Assembly: GCA_036002325.1 (NCBI GenBank)
Contig: DASYTJ010000012.1
Coordinates: 61,457-125,456, forward strand
Direction: 5' to 3'
Source of the DNA: Thermoanaerobaculia bacterium
GTDB taxonomy: Bacteria > Acidobacteriota > Thermoanaerobaculia > Multivoradales > UBA5704
DNA: 64,000 nucleotides
Shown here: piece after piece, positions 21,815-29,909 of the stretch
How positions within the stretch are numbered: position 1 is the first letter of the stretch
Layout of the letters: every line of letters starts with the position of its first letter
Translations under genes and position numbers: made by a program
The notes under the pieces: generated by a model
What the model saw: only the letters and a program-made list of their open reading frames with translations
Database searches by the model: none
Told to the model about the DNA's origin: nothing

Positions 21815-22665
21815 GCGATATCGCGAGCGCGGCCGTGCCCGCCCCGAGCAGCCTTCCCTGGGGTCACTGGTGGCGCCAGGTCCGCGCCATCCTGCGACTG
21901 GAGCTGCGCAAGGGCTTCCGCCGGTCCTATGGACTGTACCTGCTGGCGCTCGCTCCGCTCTTCATCCTGCTGCTGCGGACGGTCATTCCCGACGCGGTCC
22001 GCGATGCCAGCGACATCTCGGGAGCGACCGAGTTCTATGCCGGCCTCTACCAGGCGTTCATCCTGCGGATCGTGGTCTTCCTTGCCTGTGTCGCCATCTT
22101 CGGCAACCTGATCCGCCGCGAGACGCTGGACCGCAGCCTGCATTACTACTTCCTGTCGCCCCTGCGGCGCGAGCTGCTGGTTGCCGCCAAATATCTGACC
22201 GGCCTGGTGGTCTCGTTCTTCCTCTTCGGCGCTACTACGGTTGTCGGTTTCTTTCTGGCCTACCTGCCGCATGAATCGACGGCGGTCCGGCAGTTCATCC
22301 TCCATGGACCGGGGATGGGGCACTTGGCGTCCTATCTGCTGGTGACGCTGATGGCCTGCATCGGCTACGGCGCCGTTTTCCTCTTCTTCGGTTTCTTCTT
22401 CAAAAGCCCGGCCCTGCCGGCCCTCGCCGTGTTCGGCTGGGAGACGATCCACTTCCTGCTGCCGCCGCTGCTCAAGAAGGCGAGCGTCATCCACTATCTC
22501 CAGTCGCTCTGTCCGGTGCCGGTGTCCGAGGGTCCTCTCGCCCTGCTGGCCGACGCTCCCTCGCCCTGGATCGCCATTCCCGGGCTGCTCCTCCTGGCCG
22601 CCATCCTCGTCGCCGTTTCGGCCTGGAAGATCCGCGGGATGGAGATCAGCTACGAGGAATCGTAG
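21811..22665 (+). CDS. ABC-2 type transporter permease (second copy)
   Basis: 284 aa polytopic membrane protein, translationally coupled to upstream ATPase. Confidence 0.6.
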   Translation: MSDIASAAVPAPSSLPWGHWWRQVRAILRLELRKGFRRSYGLYLLALAPLFILLLRTVIPDAVRDASDISGATEFYAGLYQAFILRIVVFLACVAIFGNLIRRETLDRSLHYYFLSPLRRELLVAAKYLTGLVVSFFLFGATTVVGFFLAYLPHESTAVRQFILHGPGMGHLASYLLVTLMACIGYGAVFLFFGFFFKSPALPALAVFGWETIHFLLPPLLKKASVIHYLQSLCPVPVSEGPLALLADAPSPWIAIPGLLLLAAILVAVSAWKIRGMEISYEES

Positions 22666-22784
22666 CCGCAGGGAACTTCCCGCCGGCGCCTGCGTATACA
22701 GCGAAACAGGGTGACGCCCGGCCTTGCTTCCGGTATCCTGGCGCGGTTCGTCGCAACGCATTCAACCCGATCGAGGAGGACCCA

Positions 22785-23555
22785 ATGTTTCGCAAGACCT
22801 TTGCGTGGCTGCTCTTGGCCGGCCTGACCAGCGCCGCCGCCTGGGCCCAGACCGCAGACGAGATCATCGAGAAGCACCTGCAGGCGATGGGAGGCAAGGA
22901 AAAGCTCAAGGCGGTGCAGAGCGAGCGCATCACCGGCAAGATGGTGATGGGCCAGGGGATGGAAGCGCCTTTCACCATGGAGATGGCGCGGCCCAACAAG
23001 ATGCGTATGGAGTTCACCATCCAGGGCATGACTGGCGTCCAGGCCTTCGACGGCAAAACCGGCTGGTCGGTGATGCCTTTCATGGGCAAGACCGAGCCGG
23101 AAGCCATACCGGACGAGGACGTGAAGCGGATGGAGGAGCAGGCGGACATCGACGGCCTGCTGCTGGATTACAAGGAGAAAGGCCGCCAGGTCGAGTATGC
23201 CGGCAAGGAAGACCTAGAGGGCACGCCGGTGCACAAGCTCAAGGTGACCCAGAAGAACGGTGATGTGGTCTACGTGTATATCGACGCCGAGCAGTACCTG
23301 CAGCTCAAGCAGTCCGGCAAGACGAAAATCCGCGGCCAGGAGGTGGAGAGCGAGACCACCTTTGGCGACTTCAAGCCGGTCGAGGGCCTGGTCTTCCCGC
23401 ACTCGATCGAGCAGAAGGCCCAGGGCATGCCGTCCGGCATGGTGATGACCATCTCGAAGATCGAGGTGAATCCCGGTCTCACCGATAGCCGCTTCACCAT
23501 GCCCGCCGCCGAGAAGAAGGAAGCCCCGGCGCCGCCGAAGCCGCCGACGCGGTAG
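22785..23555 (+). CDS. LolA-like / outer-membrane lipoprotein-sorting fold protein (secreted)
   Basis: 256 aa; signal peptide MFRKTFAWLLLAGLTSAAAWA; beta-rich with pattern typical of LolA/RseB-like DUF proteins often found with ABC transporters and ECF systems. Confidence 0.45.
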   Translation: MFRKTFAWLLLAGLTSAAAWAQTADEIIEKHLQAMGGKEKLKAVQSERITGKMVMGQGMEAPFTMEMARPNKMRMEFTIQGMTGVQAFDGKTGWSVMPFMGKTEPEAIPDEDVKRMEEQADIDGLLLDYKEKGRQVEYAGKEDLEGTPVHKLKVTQKNGDVVYVYIDAEQYLQLKQSGKTKIRGQEVESETTFGDFKPVEGLVFPHSIEQKAQGMPSGMVMTISKIEVNPGLTDSRFTMPAAEKKEAPAPPKPPTR

Positions 23556-23641
23556 ATCGCCTTAAACCTGACGGGCGGGCGCCGCGAGGACGCCCCCCCA
23601 GAGCTCTCAGATCTTCTCCCATCTTTTGGAAGGGGACGCGT

Positions 23642-26600
23642 ATGCAATGGAAACCCAAGATGATTCTCTGCCTGGCGGCGGCCGGTCTGGCGATCATGGC
23701 CGGAGCGGCGCGTGGCGCCGAGGTGGAGATCGACTCGAACACCTTCGGCGGGCTGGAAGCCCGCTCCATCGGCCCCGCCGTCATGGGCGGCCGCATCGCG
23801 GCCATCGACGCCGTGCCCCAGGATCCGCTCACCATCTACGTGGGAGCGGCGGGAGGCGGAGTCTGGCGATCGAACGACGGCGGCGTGGCCTGGAAGCCTG
23901 TCTTCGACGAGCACGTGCAGTCGATCGGCGCGATTGCCATCGATCCCAAGAACCCCAAGACCGTCTGGGTCGGCACCGGCGAGTCGTGGACACGCAACAG
24001 CACCTCGGTCGGGGACGGTCTCTATAGATCGACCGATGGCGGGGACACCTGGCAGCGGGTGGGGCTCGAAAACTCGGAGCGCATCGCCCGCATCCAGGTG
24101 AGTCCGGCCGACGGCAATACCGTCTGGGTCTGCGCCACCGGCCATCTCTGGGACAGCCACGAGGAGCGCGGCGTCTACAAGACCAGCGACGGCGGCAAGA
24201 CCTGGAAGCGGGTGCTCTACGCCGACGCCGATACCGGCTGCTCCGATCTGGCGGTCGATCCCCAGGACCCGGCGATCCTGTTTGCGGGCCTGTGGCAGTT
24301 CCGGCGTAATCCCTGGTCGTTCAGCTCCGGCGGCAAAGGGAGCGGCCTCTACAAGTCGACCGACGGCGGCGAGACCTGGCGGCCCCTCGCCAGCGGGCTG
24401 CCGGCCGGAGAGAAGGGCCGCATCGCCGTTGCCGTAGCGCCGTCGCGGCCGAGCGTGGTCTATGCCCTGGTGGAGGCGGAGAAGACGGCCCTCTACCGCT
24501 CGGACGACGTGGGCGAGAGCTGGCGCGAGGTCAACTCGTCGTTCAACCTGCAAGTGCGCCCTTTCTACTTCGCCCGCCTCGCCGTCGATCCCACCGATTT
24601 CAAGACCATCTACAAGCCGGGCCTGATGCTGACCGTCAGCACGGACGGCGGTAAGACCTTCACCGCCGCCATCGGCCTGGGAGGTCTTTCCGGCCCGCAC
24701 GGTGATCACCATGCGCTCTGGATCAACCCGCAAAATCCGAGCGAGCTGGTGCTCGGCACCGACGGCGTCGTCTACATGTCTTACAACAAGGGTCTGCGGT
24801 GGCGCTTCCTCCGGGCACTGCCGGTCTCGCAGTTCTACCACGTCAGCTACGACATGAACCGGCCCTACCGGGTCTACGGCGGCCTGCAGGACAACGGCTC
24901 ATGGTCCGGGCCGTCGTCCGCCATCGGCGGCATCCAGAACCGCGACTGGTTCAACATTGGCGGCGGCGACGGCTTCTGGGCTTACAGCGACCCCACCGAT
25001 CCCGACCTGGTCTACGCCGAATACCAGGGCGGCGAGATCTCGCGCCGGCGGGTGTCGACGGGCGAGGAGAAGTCGATCAAGCCGCTGCCGGGCGCCGGTG
25101 AGCCGCCCTACCGTTTCAACTGGAACACCCCCATCGCCCTCAGCCCGAACGAGCCGGGGACCATCTACATGGGTGCGCAGTTCCTCTTCCGCTCGCGCGA
25201 CAAGGGCGACTCCTGGGAACGCATCTCGCCCGACCTCACCACCAACGATCCGAAGAAGCAGCAGCAGCTCAAGTCGGGAGGCCTGACGCGCGACAACTCG
25301 ACGGCCGAGAATCACACCACGATCTTCGCCATCAGCGAGTCGCCGAAGAACGGCAAGGTGCTCTGGGTGGGAACGGATGACGGCAACCTGCAGGTGACCC
25401 GCGACGGCGGCGCGCACTGGACGAACGTGGCGCCGAACGTCCCCGGCCTCCCCAAGGCGACCTGGGTGTCGTGTGTCGAGTCCGGACGTTTCGATGAGGG
25501 GACCGCCTTCGCCACCTTCGACGGTCATCAGGCCGGCGACATGAAGACCTACGTCTACCGTACGGCCGACTTCGGCAAGACCTGGACGCCGCTCGCCAGC
25601 GACGCCCTCTCGGGCTATGCCCACGCGATCCGTCAGGATCTGGAGAACCCGGAGCTCCTCTTTCTGGGAACCGAGATGGGTCTCTTCGTCTCCGTCGACG
25701 GCGGCGCCCGCTGGGCCCGCTTCACGGGCAAGCTCCCCATGGTCGCGGTGCGCGACATCGCCATCCACCCTCGCGAGTCGGACCTGATCCTCGCCACCCA
25801 TGGCCGCGGTGTCTACATCGTCGACGACATCACGCCGTTGCGAAAGCTGACCCGCGAAGCGCTCGAAGCGGACGTGACAATGCTGCCGTCGCGCACGGCT
25901 ACGATGGCCATTCCCGCCGGCGTGCAGGAGTTTCCGGGCGACGACGAGTACTTCGCAGCCAATCCCGAGGAGGCCGCCACCATCACCTATTACCTGAAGA
26001 AGCGGCATCTCTTCGGCGACCTGAAGGTCGAGGTTTACGACGCCAAGGGCCAGCTCATCTCAACCCTGCCCGGCGGCAAGCGGCGCGGCATCAACCGCGT
26101 GAGCTGGCCGATGCGCCTGCCGCCACCCAGGCTGCCGCCGGCGAACTCCCTGGTGATCGGATCCCAGTACGCGCTGTTCGGACCGCGCGTCCTCCCCGGC
26201 ACCTACACGGTCAAGCTCATCCAGGGCGATAAGACCTACACGAGCGAGGTGCGGCTCGTGCCGGATCCCCGCTCCCGGCACTCGGACGAAGATCGCGCGG
26301 CGCAGCACGAGACGGCGATGGAGCTCTACGGCATGCTCGGGCGCCTCACCTACGTCGCCGATACCGTCAAGGCTCTTGGAGATGCGGCCCAGAAGCGGGT
26401 CGAGGCCCTGCCGAAGGCAGACAGGCTGCGCCAGCAGCTCGGCTCGCTCGCCGGCGCTCTGGAGAGCTTCCGCGCCACTCTCGTCGCCACCAGCGAGGGC
26501 GGCTGGCTCTCCGGCGAGGAGCAGCTCCGCGAGAAGATGGCCAAGGTCTACGGCGCTGTCAACGGTTATGACGGCCGCCCGACCCGGCCGCAGCTCGATC

Positions 26601-26824
26601 AAACGAAGGTGCTGGCCGATCAGCTCGGCAAGGCCGAGAGCCGGCTGGAGGCGTTCGAGCGCGGTGAAGTGGCGGCGGTCAACCGCGAGCTGGCGAAGCG
26701 CAAGCTCGAGCCGCTGACGGCCAAGAGCCGCGAGGAATGGGAGAAAGAACAGGGCCAGCGAACGGCGGCGCTACCCGCCTGGCTGCCGTTCTCGTTTCTG
26801 GCTCTAGAGGTCGCGGCGGACTGA
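23642..26824 (+). CDS. BNR/Asp-box repeat beta-propeller protein (sortilin/VPS10-like), secreted
   Basis: 1060 aa; signal peptide; at least 10 Asp-box motifs (SNDGGVAWK, STDGGDTWQ, TSDGGKTWK, STDGGETWR, SDDVGESWR, SRDKGDSWE, TRDGGAHWT, TADFGKTWT, SVDGGARWA). Confidence 0.65.
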   Translation: MQWKPKMILCLAAAGLAIMAGAARGAEVEIDSNTFGGLEARSIGPAVMGGRIAAIDAVPQDPLTIYVGAAGGGVWRSNDGGVAWKPVFDEHVQSIGAIAIDPKNPKTVWVGTGESWTRNSTSVGDGLYRSTDGGDTWQRVGLENSERIARIQVSPADGNTVWVCATGHLWDSHEERGVYKTSDGGKTWKRVLYADADTGCSDLAVDPQDPAILFAGLWQFRRNPWSFSSGGKGSGLYKSTDGGETWRPLASGLPAGEKGRIAVAVAPSRPSVVYALVEAEKTALYRSDDVGESWREVNSSFNLQVRPFYFARLAVDPTDFKTIYKPGLMLTVSTDGGKTFTAAIGLGGLSGPHGDHHALWINPQNPSELVLGTDGVVYMSYNKGLRWRFLRALPVSQFYHVSYDMNRPYRVYGGLQDNGSWSGPSSAIGGIQNRDWFNIGGGDGFWAYSDPTDPDLVYAEYQGGEISRRRVSTGEEKSIKPLPGAGEPPYRFNWNTPIALSPNEPGTIYMGAQFLFRSRDKGDSWERISPDLTTNDPKKQQQLKSGGLTRDNSTAENHTTIFAISESPKNGKVLWVGTDDGNLQVTRDGGAHWTNVAPNVPGLPKATWVSCVESGRFDEGTAFATFDGHQAGDMKTYVYRTADFGKTWTPLASDALSGYAHAIRQDLENPELLFLGTEMGLFVSVDGGARWARFTGKLPMVAVRDIAIHPRESDLILATHGRGVYIVDDITPLRKLTREALEADVTMLPSRTATMAIPAGVQEFPGDDEYFAANPEEAATITYYLKKRHLFGDLKVEVYDAKGQLISTLPGGKRRGINRVSWPMRLPPPRLPPANSLVIGSQYALFGPRVLPGTYTVKLIQGDKTYTSEVRLVPDPRSRHSDEDRAAQHETAMELYGMLGRLTYVADTVKALGDAAQKRVEALPKADRLRQQLGSLAGALESFRATLVATSEGGWLSGEEQLREKMAKVYGAVNGYDGRPTRPQLDQTKVLADQLGKAESRLEAFERGEVAAVNRELAKRKLEPLTAKSREEWEKEQGQRTAALPAWLPFSFLALEVAAD

Positions 26825-26834
26825 GGGGTGGTCC

Positions 26835-26864
26835 TGTAGGGGCGCAGCATGCTGCGCCCCTACA
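26835..26864. terminator. REP-like perfect palindrome (cctGTAGGGGCGCAGCATGCTGCGCCCCTACaa), bidirectional terminator candidate
   Basis: 28-30 nt perfect palindrome between convergent BNR gene (ends 26824) and rpsU (ends 26930); identical 33-nt copy at 62255-62287, variant at 46467-46488. Confidence 0.6.
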
Positions 26865-26929
26865 AAGCAAAACGGGAGGAAGCTCAGAGGCTCCCTCCCG
26901 TCTGCTGGCGCTCGGACGGAGCTACCGTC

Positions 26930-27139
26930 TCAAGCCAGGCCCTGGCGGCGCTCCTCCGCCAGCTTGCGCAGGATCTTCTTGCGCGCTTGAACCGCCTTGC
27001 GCTTGCGCTTCACCGAGGGCTTCTCAAAGTGCTGGCGCTTGCGCAGCTCGGTCAGAATTCCCGACTTCTCGACCTTGCGCTTGAAGCGGCGCAACGCGTT
27101 CTCGAAGCTCTCTTCCTCGCGCACGTGCACAACAGGCAT
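26930..27139 (-). CDS. rpsU: 30S ribosomal protein S21
   Basis: 69 aa [48 protein letters not shown]... canonical S21. Confidence 0.9.
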   Translation of the reverse strand: MPVVHVREEESFENALRRFKRKVEKSGILTELRKRQHFEKPSVKRKRKAVQARKKILRKLAEERRQGLA

Positions 27140-27229
27140 CCGTTCTCACCTCTTTTCTTTTGCCGGATAAAGTTGCTCCCCGATTCTAGAGAGCGCAGCA
27201 CGCAAATTTCGCTCAATTCTGGGCAAAAG

Positions 27230-28003
27230 TCAAGTCGTGCTGCGCGGCACCGCGGGAGGCGCGGCTGCCGGCGAGCGCGGCCGCAGGGCGTCGAAGTCGA
27301 GCAGATAGACGGTAGACCGGCCCTCCTCGTCGTGGAACCACACGGCGGCGGCGGCGCCGCTCGCGTCCTTGGGGTAGAACCAGCCGACGACGTGCCGCTC
27401 CGGGTACTCGCGCACATTGTGGAGGTTGGGCTGGCCGAGGAGGCGGCGAACCTCCTCCTGGCTCATCCCTTCCTTGACCTGGGCGAAGGTCTCCGCGGTC
27501 ATGTAGCGCCGTGCCTGGGCCCGCGCGAGCTCCTGCCGGAGCTGCGGGTTGCCGGGATCCACCAGCAGCGCTTCCTTGAAGATGTCGATCGCGCGCTGGT
27601 AGTCCCCTGCCTCTGCGATGAACTGCCGGGCGAGCCGGATGTCCTCGTCGCTCTTCATGCGGATCGCCGCCCGCTGCCGCTCGCTCAACGGCTCGCCCTG
27701 CACCGGCGGATCGGCGTTGATGAGCTCCACGAGCCGGCGGTTGAACTCGGTCGCGAGGGCTTCGCTCTGGCGAGCGAGCTGCGGATCAGACGCAGCTCCG
27801 CCGCCGAGCCTGGCCCGCTGGTCGTCGAGGGTCCGCTTGGCCTGCTGCAGCCAGGCCCAGTCGGCTTCTCGGACCGGGCTCTGACGCGCCGTCTGGCGTT
27901 CCTCGGCCGCCGGGCCGCAGGCGACCGCCGCGCTGAGCAGCCAGCCGCCGAGAATCAGCGCCACGCGCTTGCGGGACCGAAGACGTGCGCGGCGCTGGCT
28001 CAT
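27230..28003 (-). CDS. Hypothetical lipoprotein
   Basis: Start at MSQRRARLRSRKRVALILGGWLLSAAVACG (lipobox); helical repeat-like middle region; no recognisable catalytic motifs. Confidence 0.4.
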   Translation of the reverse strand: MSQRRARLRSRKRVALILGGWLLSAAVACGPAAEERQTARQSPVREADWAWLQQAKRTLDDQRARLGGGAASDPQLARQSEALATEFNRRLVELINADPPVQGEPLSERQRAAIRMKSDEDIRLARQFIAEAGDYQRAIDIFKEALLVDPGNPQLRQELARAQARRYMTAETFAQVKEGMSQEEVRRLLGQPNLHNVREYPERHVVGWFYPKDASGAAAAVWFHDEEGRSTVYLLDFDALRPRSPAAAPPAVPRSTT

Positions 28004-28196
28004 CGATGATCTCCTCTGTTGCGCGCGGCACCGTAGCACAGGCCGCCGGGACCGGCAAGGCGAACCTCTCGCTAAGCCCTTGTTCCAGAGGGATTTTCGC
28101 GAGCTCTCAGCTTGACACTGCGTGCCGGGCTACAGAATAATCAAACTTCTTTGGATGGAATCGAGATCGCCAGTGGACGGCCGCGGAGAGTCATGG

Positions 28197-29855
28197 ATGT
28201 CGCTTTCTGAGAGTATCCACCATCTGAACCGCGAGATCGGCGCCACGGTCGAGCGTGCGATTGCCGATCTGCGGCGGGAGATTTCGCAGCGGCTGCGCGC
28301 CGGCAACGAAGAGATCCAGCGGCGGCTCGACGAGCTCGCGCCTAAGTTGCCGGCCGCTTTCCTCTCCCACGCAGACTTCGCCCACGCCGAGCGCGAGTTG
28401 GGGCTCGATGCCCGGCGCGGCACCCTGCGCGATCTGCGCGACGGCTTCGCCGCCATCGACCGTGCGCGCTCTCAGGGGGAGATCCTCACCGTGCTGCTGC
28501 ACGAGGCGTCGCGGTACGCCTCGCGCGCGGCCGTGCTGCTGGTACGCGGCGGCGAGCTGCGGGGCTGGGGGAGCGAAGGCTTCGGAGAGGCGGAGCCATC
28601 GATCCGCGGCCTGGTCCTCGAAGCGCAGGACGGCCCGTGGGGCCAGCTGATCCAGGGCCAGGGCGCGGTGAGCCTCGCCGCCGCCGATTGCGCCGGCCTG
28701 TGCAGTCGCATCGAAAGCCCGCTGCCCCGCGAGGGCGTGCTGGTGCCGCTGGTGCTGCGTGACCGCGTGGCGGCGGCCCTCTACGCCGATCGGTTGGACG
28801 GCGGCGAGCTCGACGTCGAGGCGCTGCAGATCCTCGCCCACGGAGCAGCTCAGGCGATTGAAACGCTGCCGTTCCGCGAGCGCGCCGCCACTCCGACGTT
28901 GACTCTGGCCACGGAGGGTGCCGCGGGCGGCGCCGCGCCGGCGGTCGTCATGCCGCCTCGGGAGCCGGAGAGAGCCGAGACGCCCGCCGCGGCGCCGGCT
29001 GCCGTCTCGGCGGAGCCTGAGGCTGAGGCCGAGCCCGAGGTAGAGGTGGAAGCCGAGCCGGAGCCGGCGTACCCGATAGCGGAGCCGCAGGCCATGGCGG
29101 GAACCCCCTGGACCGAAGAAGACGAGCGCTTCGCCGTGCCGGTCGAATCGGCGGAGGTCCCAGCCGCGCGCGAAAGCTGGGAGATCCCGTCGCCGCGCTA
29201 CACCGCGGAGCTGCCCGTGCCCGCCGGCGCCGAGACCGCTGCGATCCCGGCCACGCAAGAGAGCCGGCAGAGCGCCGCCGGGATGACGGAAGAAGTGCCC
29301 CGGTATCCACGCTCCGTGGAGCCGGAGCCCACGGCGCCGGTGCCGATTCCCAATCTGAGTCCGGAGGCCACCGTCCTCCTGGAGCGGCCGTCCTTTCAGC
29401 AGACGGAGCCCGAGCCAGCCGCTCCTCCGCCACAACCGCTGCGGCCCGTGCCGGCCCCCGAACCCTCCGCCGCCGGCATGGAACCGGCGGAGCGGCCGTC
29501 GCCGCTGGTCTCCGGCACGCCCGAAGTTCACCCGCCGAGCGACGTCGAGGGGCCCGGATGGGCTTTCGCGACGACCCGCGTGCCCGTTGCCTCTTTCGGC
29601 AACGAGGCGCAGCACGAGGAAGCCCGGCGGCTGGCACGGCTGCTGGTGAGCGAGATCAAGCTGTACAACGAGGAGCAGGTCGAGGAGGGTCGGCGCAACC
29701 GCGACATCTACGAGCGGCTGAAGGAGGACATCGACCGCTCGCGCCAGATGTACGACGAACGCGTCGACCCGCAGATCCTGCGCTCGACGGATTATTTTTA
29801 CCAGGAGCTGGTGCGCATCCTGGCCGCAGGCGATTCGAAAGCGCTGGGCATCTGA
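28197..29855 (+). CDS. Hypothetical protein: N-terminal GAF-like region, long acidic Pro/Glu-rich linker, conserved helical C-terminal domain
   Basis: RBS GGAGAG upstream of ATG 28197; C-terminus EARRLARLLVSEIKLYNEEQVEEGRRNRDIYERLKEDIDRSRQMYDERV is non-low-complexity and likely a conserved domain. Confidence 0.45.
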   Translation: MSLSESIHHLNREIGATVERAIADLRREISQRLRAGNEEIQRRLDELAPKLPAAFLSHADFAHAERELGLDARRGTLRDLRDGFAAIDRARSQGEILTVLLHEASRYASRAAVLLVRGGELRGWGSEGFGEAEPSIRGLVLEAQDGPWGQLIQGQGAVSLAAADCAGLCSRIESPLPREGVLVPLVLRDRVAAALYADRLDGGELDVEALQILAHGAAQAIETLPFRERAATPTLTLATEGAAGGAAPAVVMPPREPERAETPAAAPAAVSAEPEAEAEPEVEVEAEPEPAYPIAEPQAMAGTPWTEEDERFAVPVESAEVPAARESWEIPSPRYTAELPVPAGAETAAIPATQESRQSAAGMTEEVPRYPRSVEPEPTAPVPIPNLSPEATVLLERPSFQQTEPEPAAPPPQPLRPVPAPEPSAAGMEPAERPSPLVSGTPEVHPPSDVEGPGWAFATTRVPVASFGNEAQHEEARRLARLLVSEIKLYNEEQVEEGRRNRDIYERLKEDIDRSRQMYDERVDPQILRSTDYFYQELVRILAAGDSKALGI

Positions 29856-29909
29856 CGCGCCGGCCCATGTTGCAGGGCTCCGGGCGACCGGAGCCGAAGT
29901 TGGAGTACC

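Noticed and set aside
26620-28009. ORFs beginning MLRPY (26849-28009 plus, 26620-26850 minus; likewise 61599-62273 minus)
   Set aside because: The MLRPY start is created by the ATGCTGCGCCCCTAC arm of the REP-like palindrome on both strands, and the ORFs run antisense through real genes.
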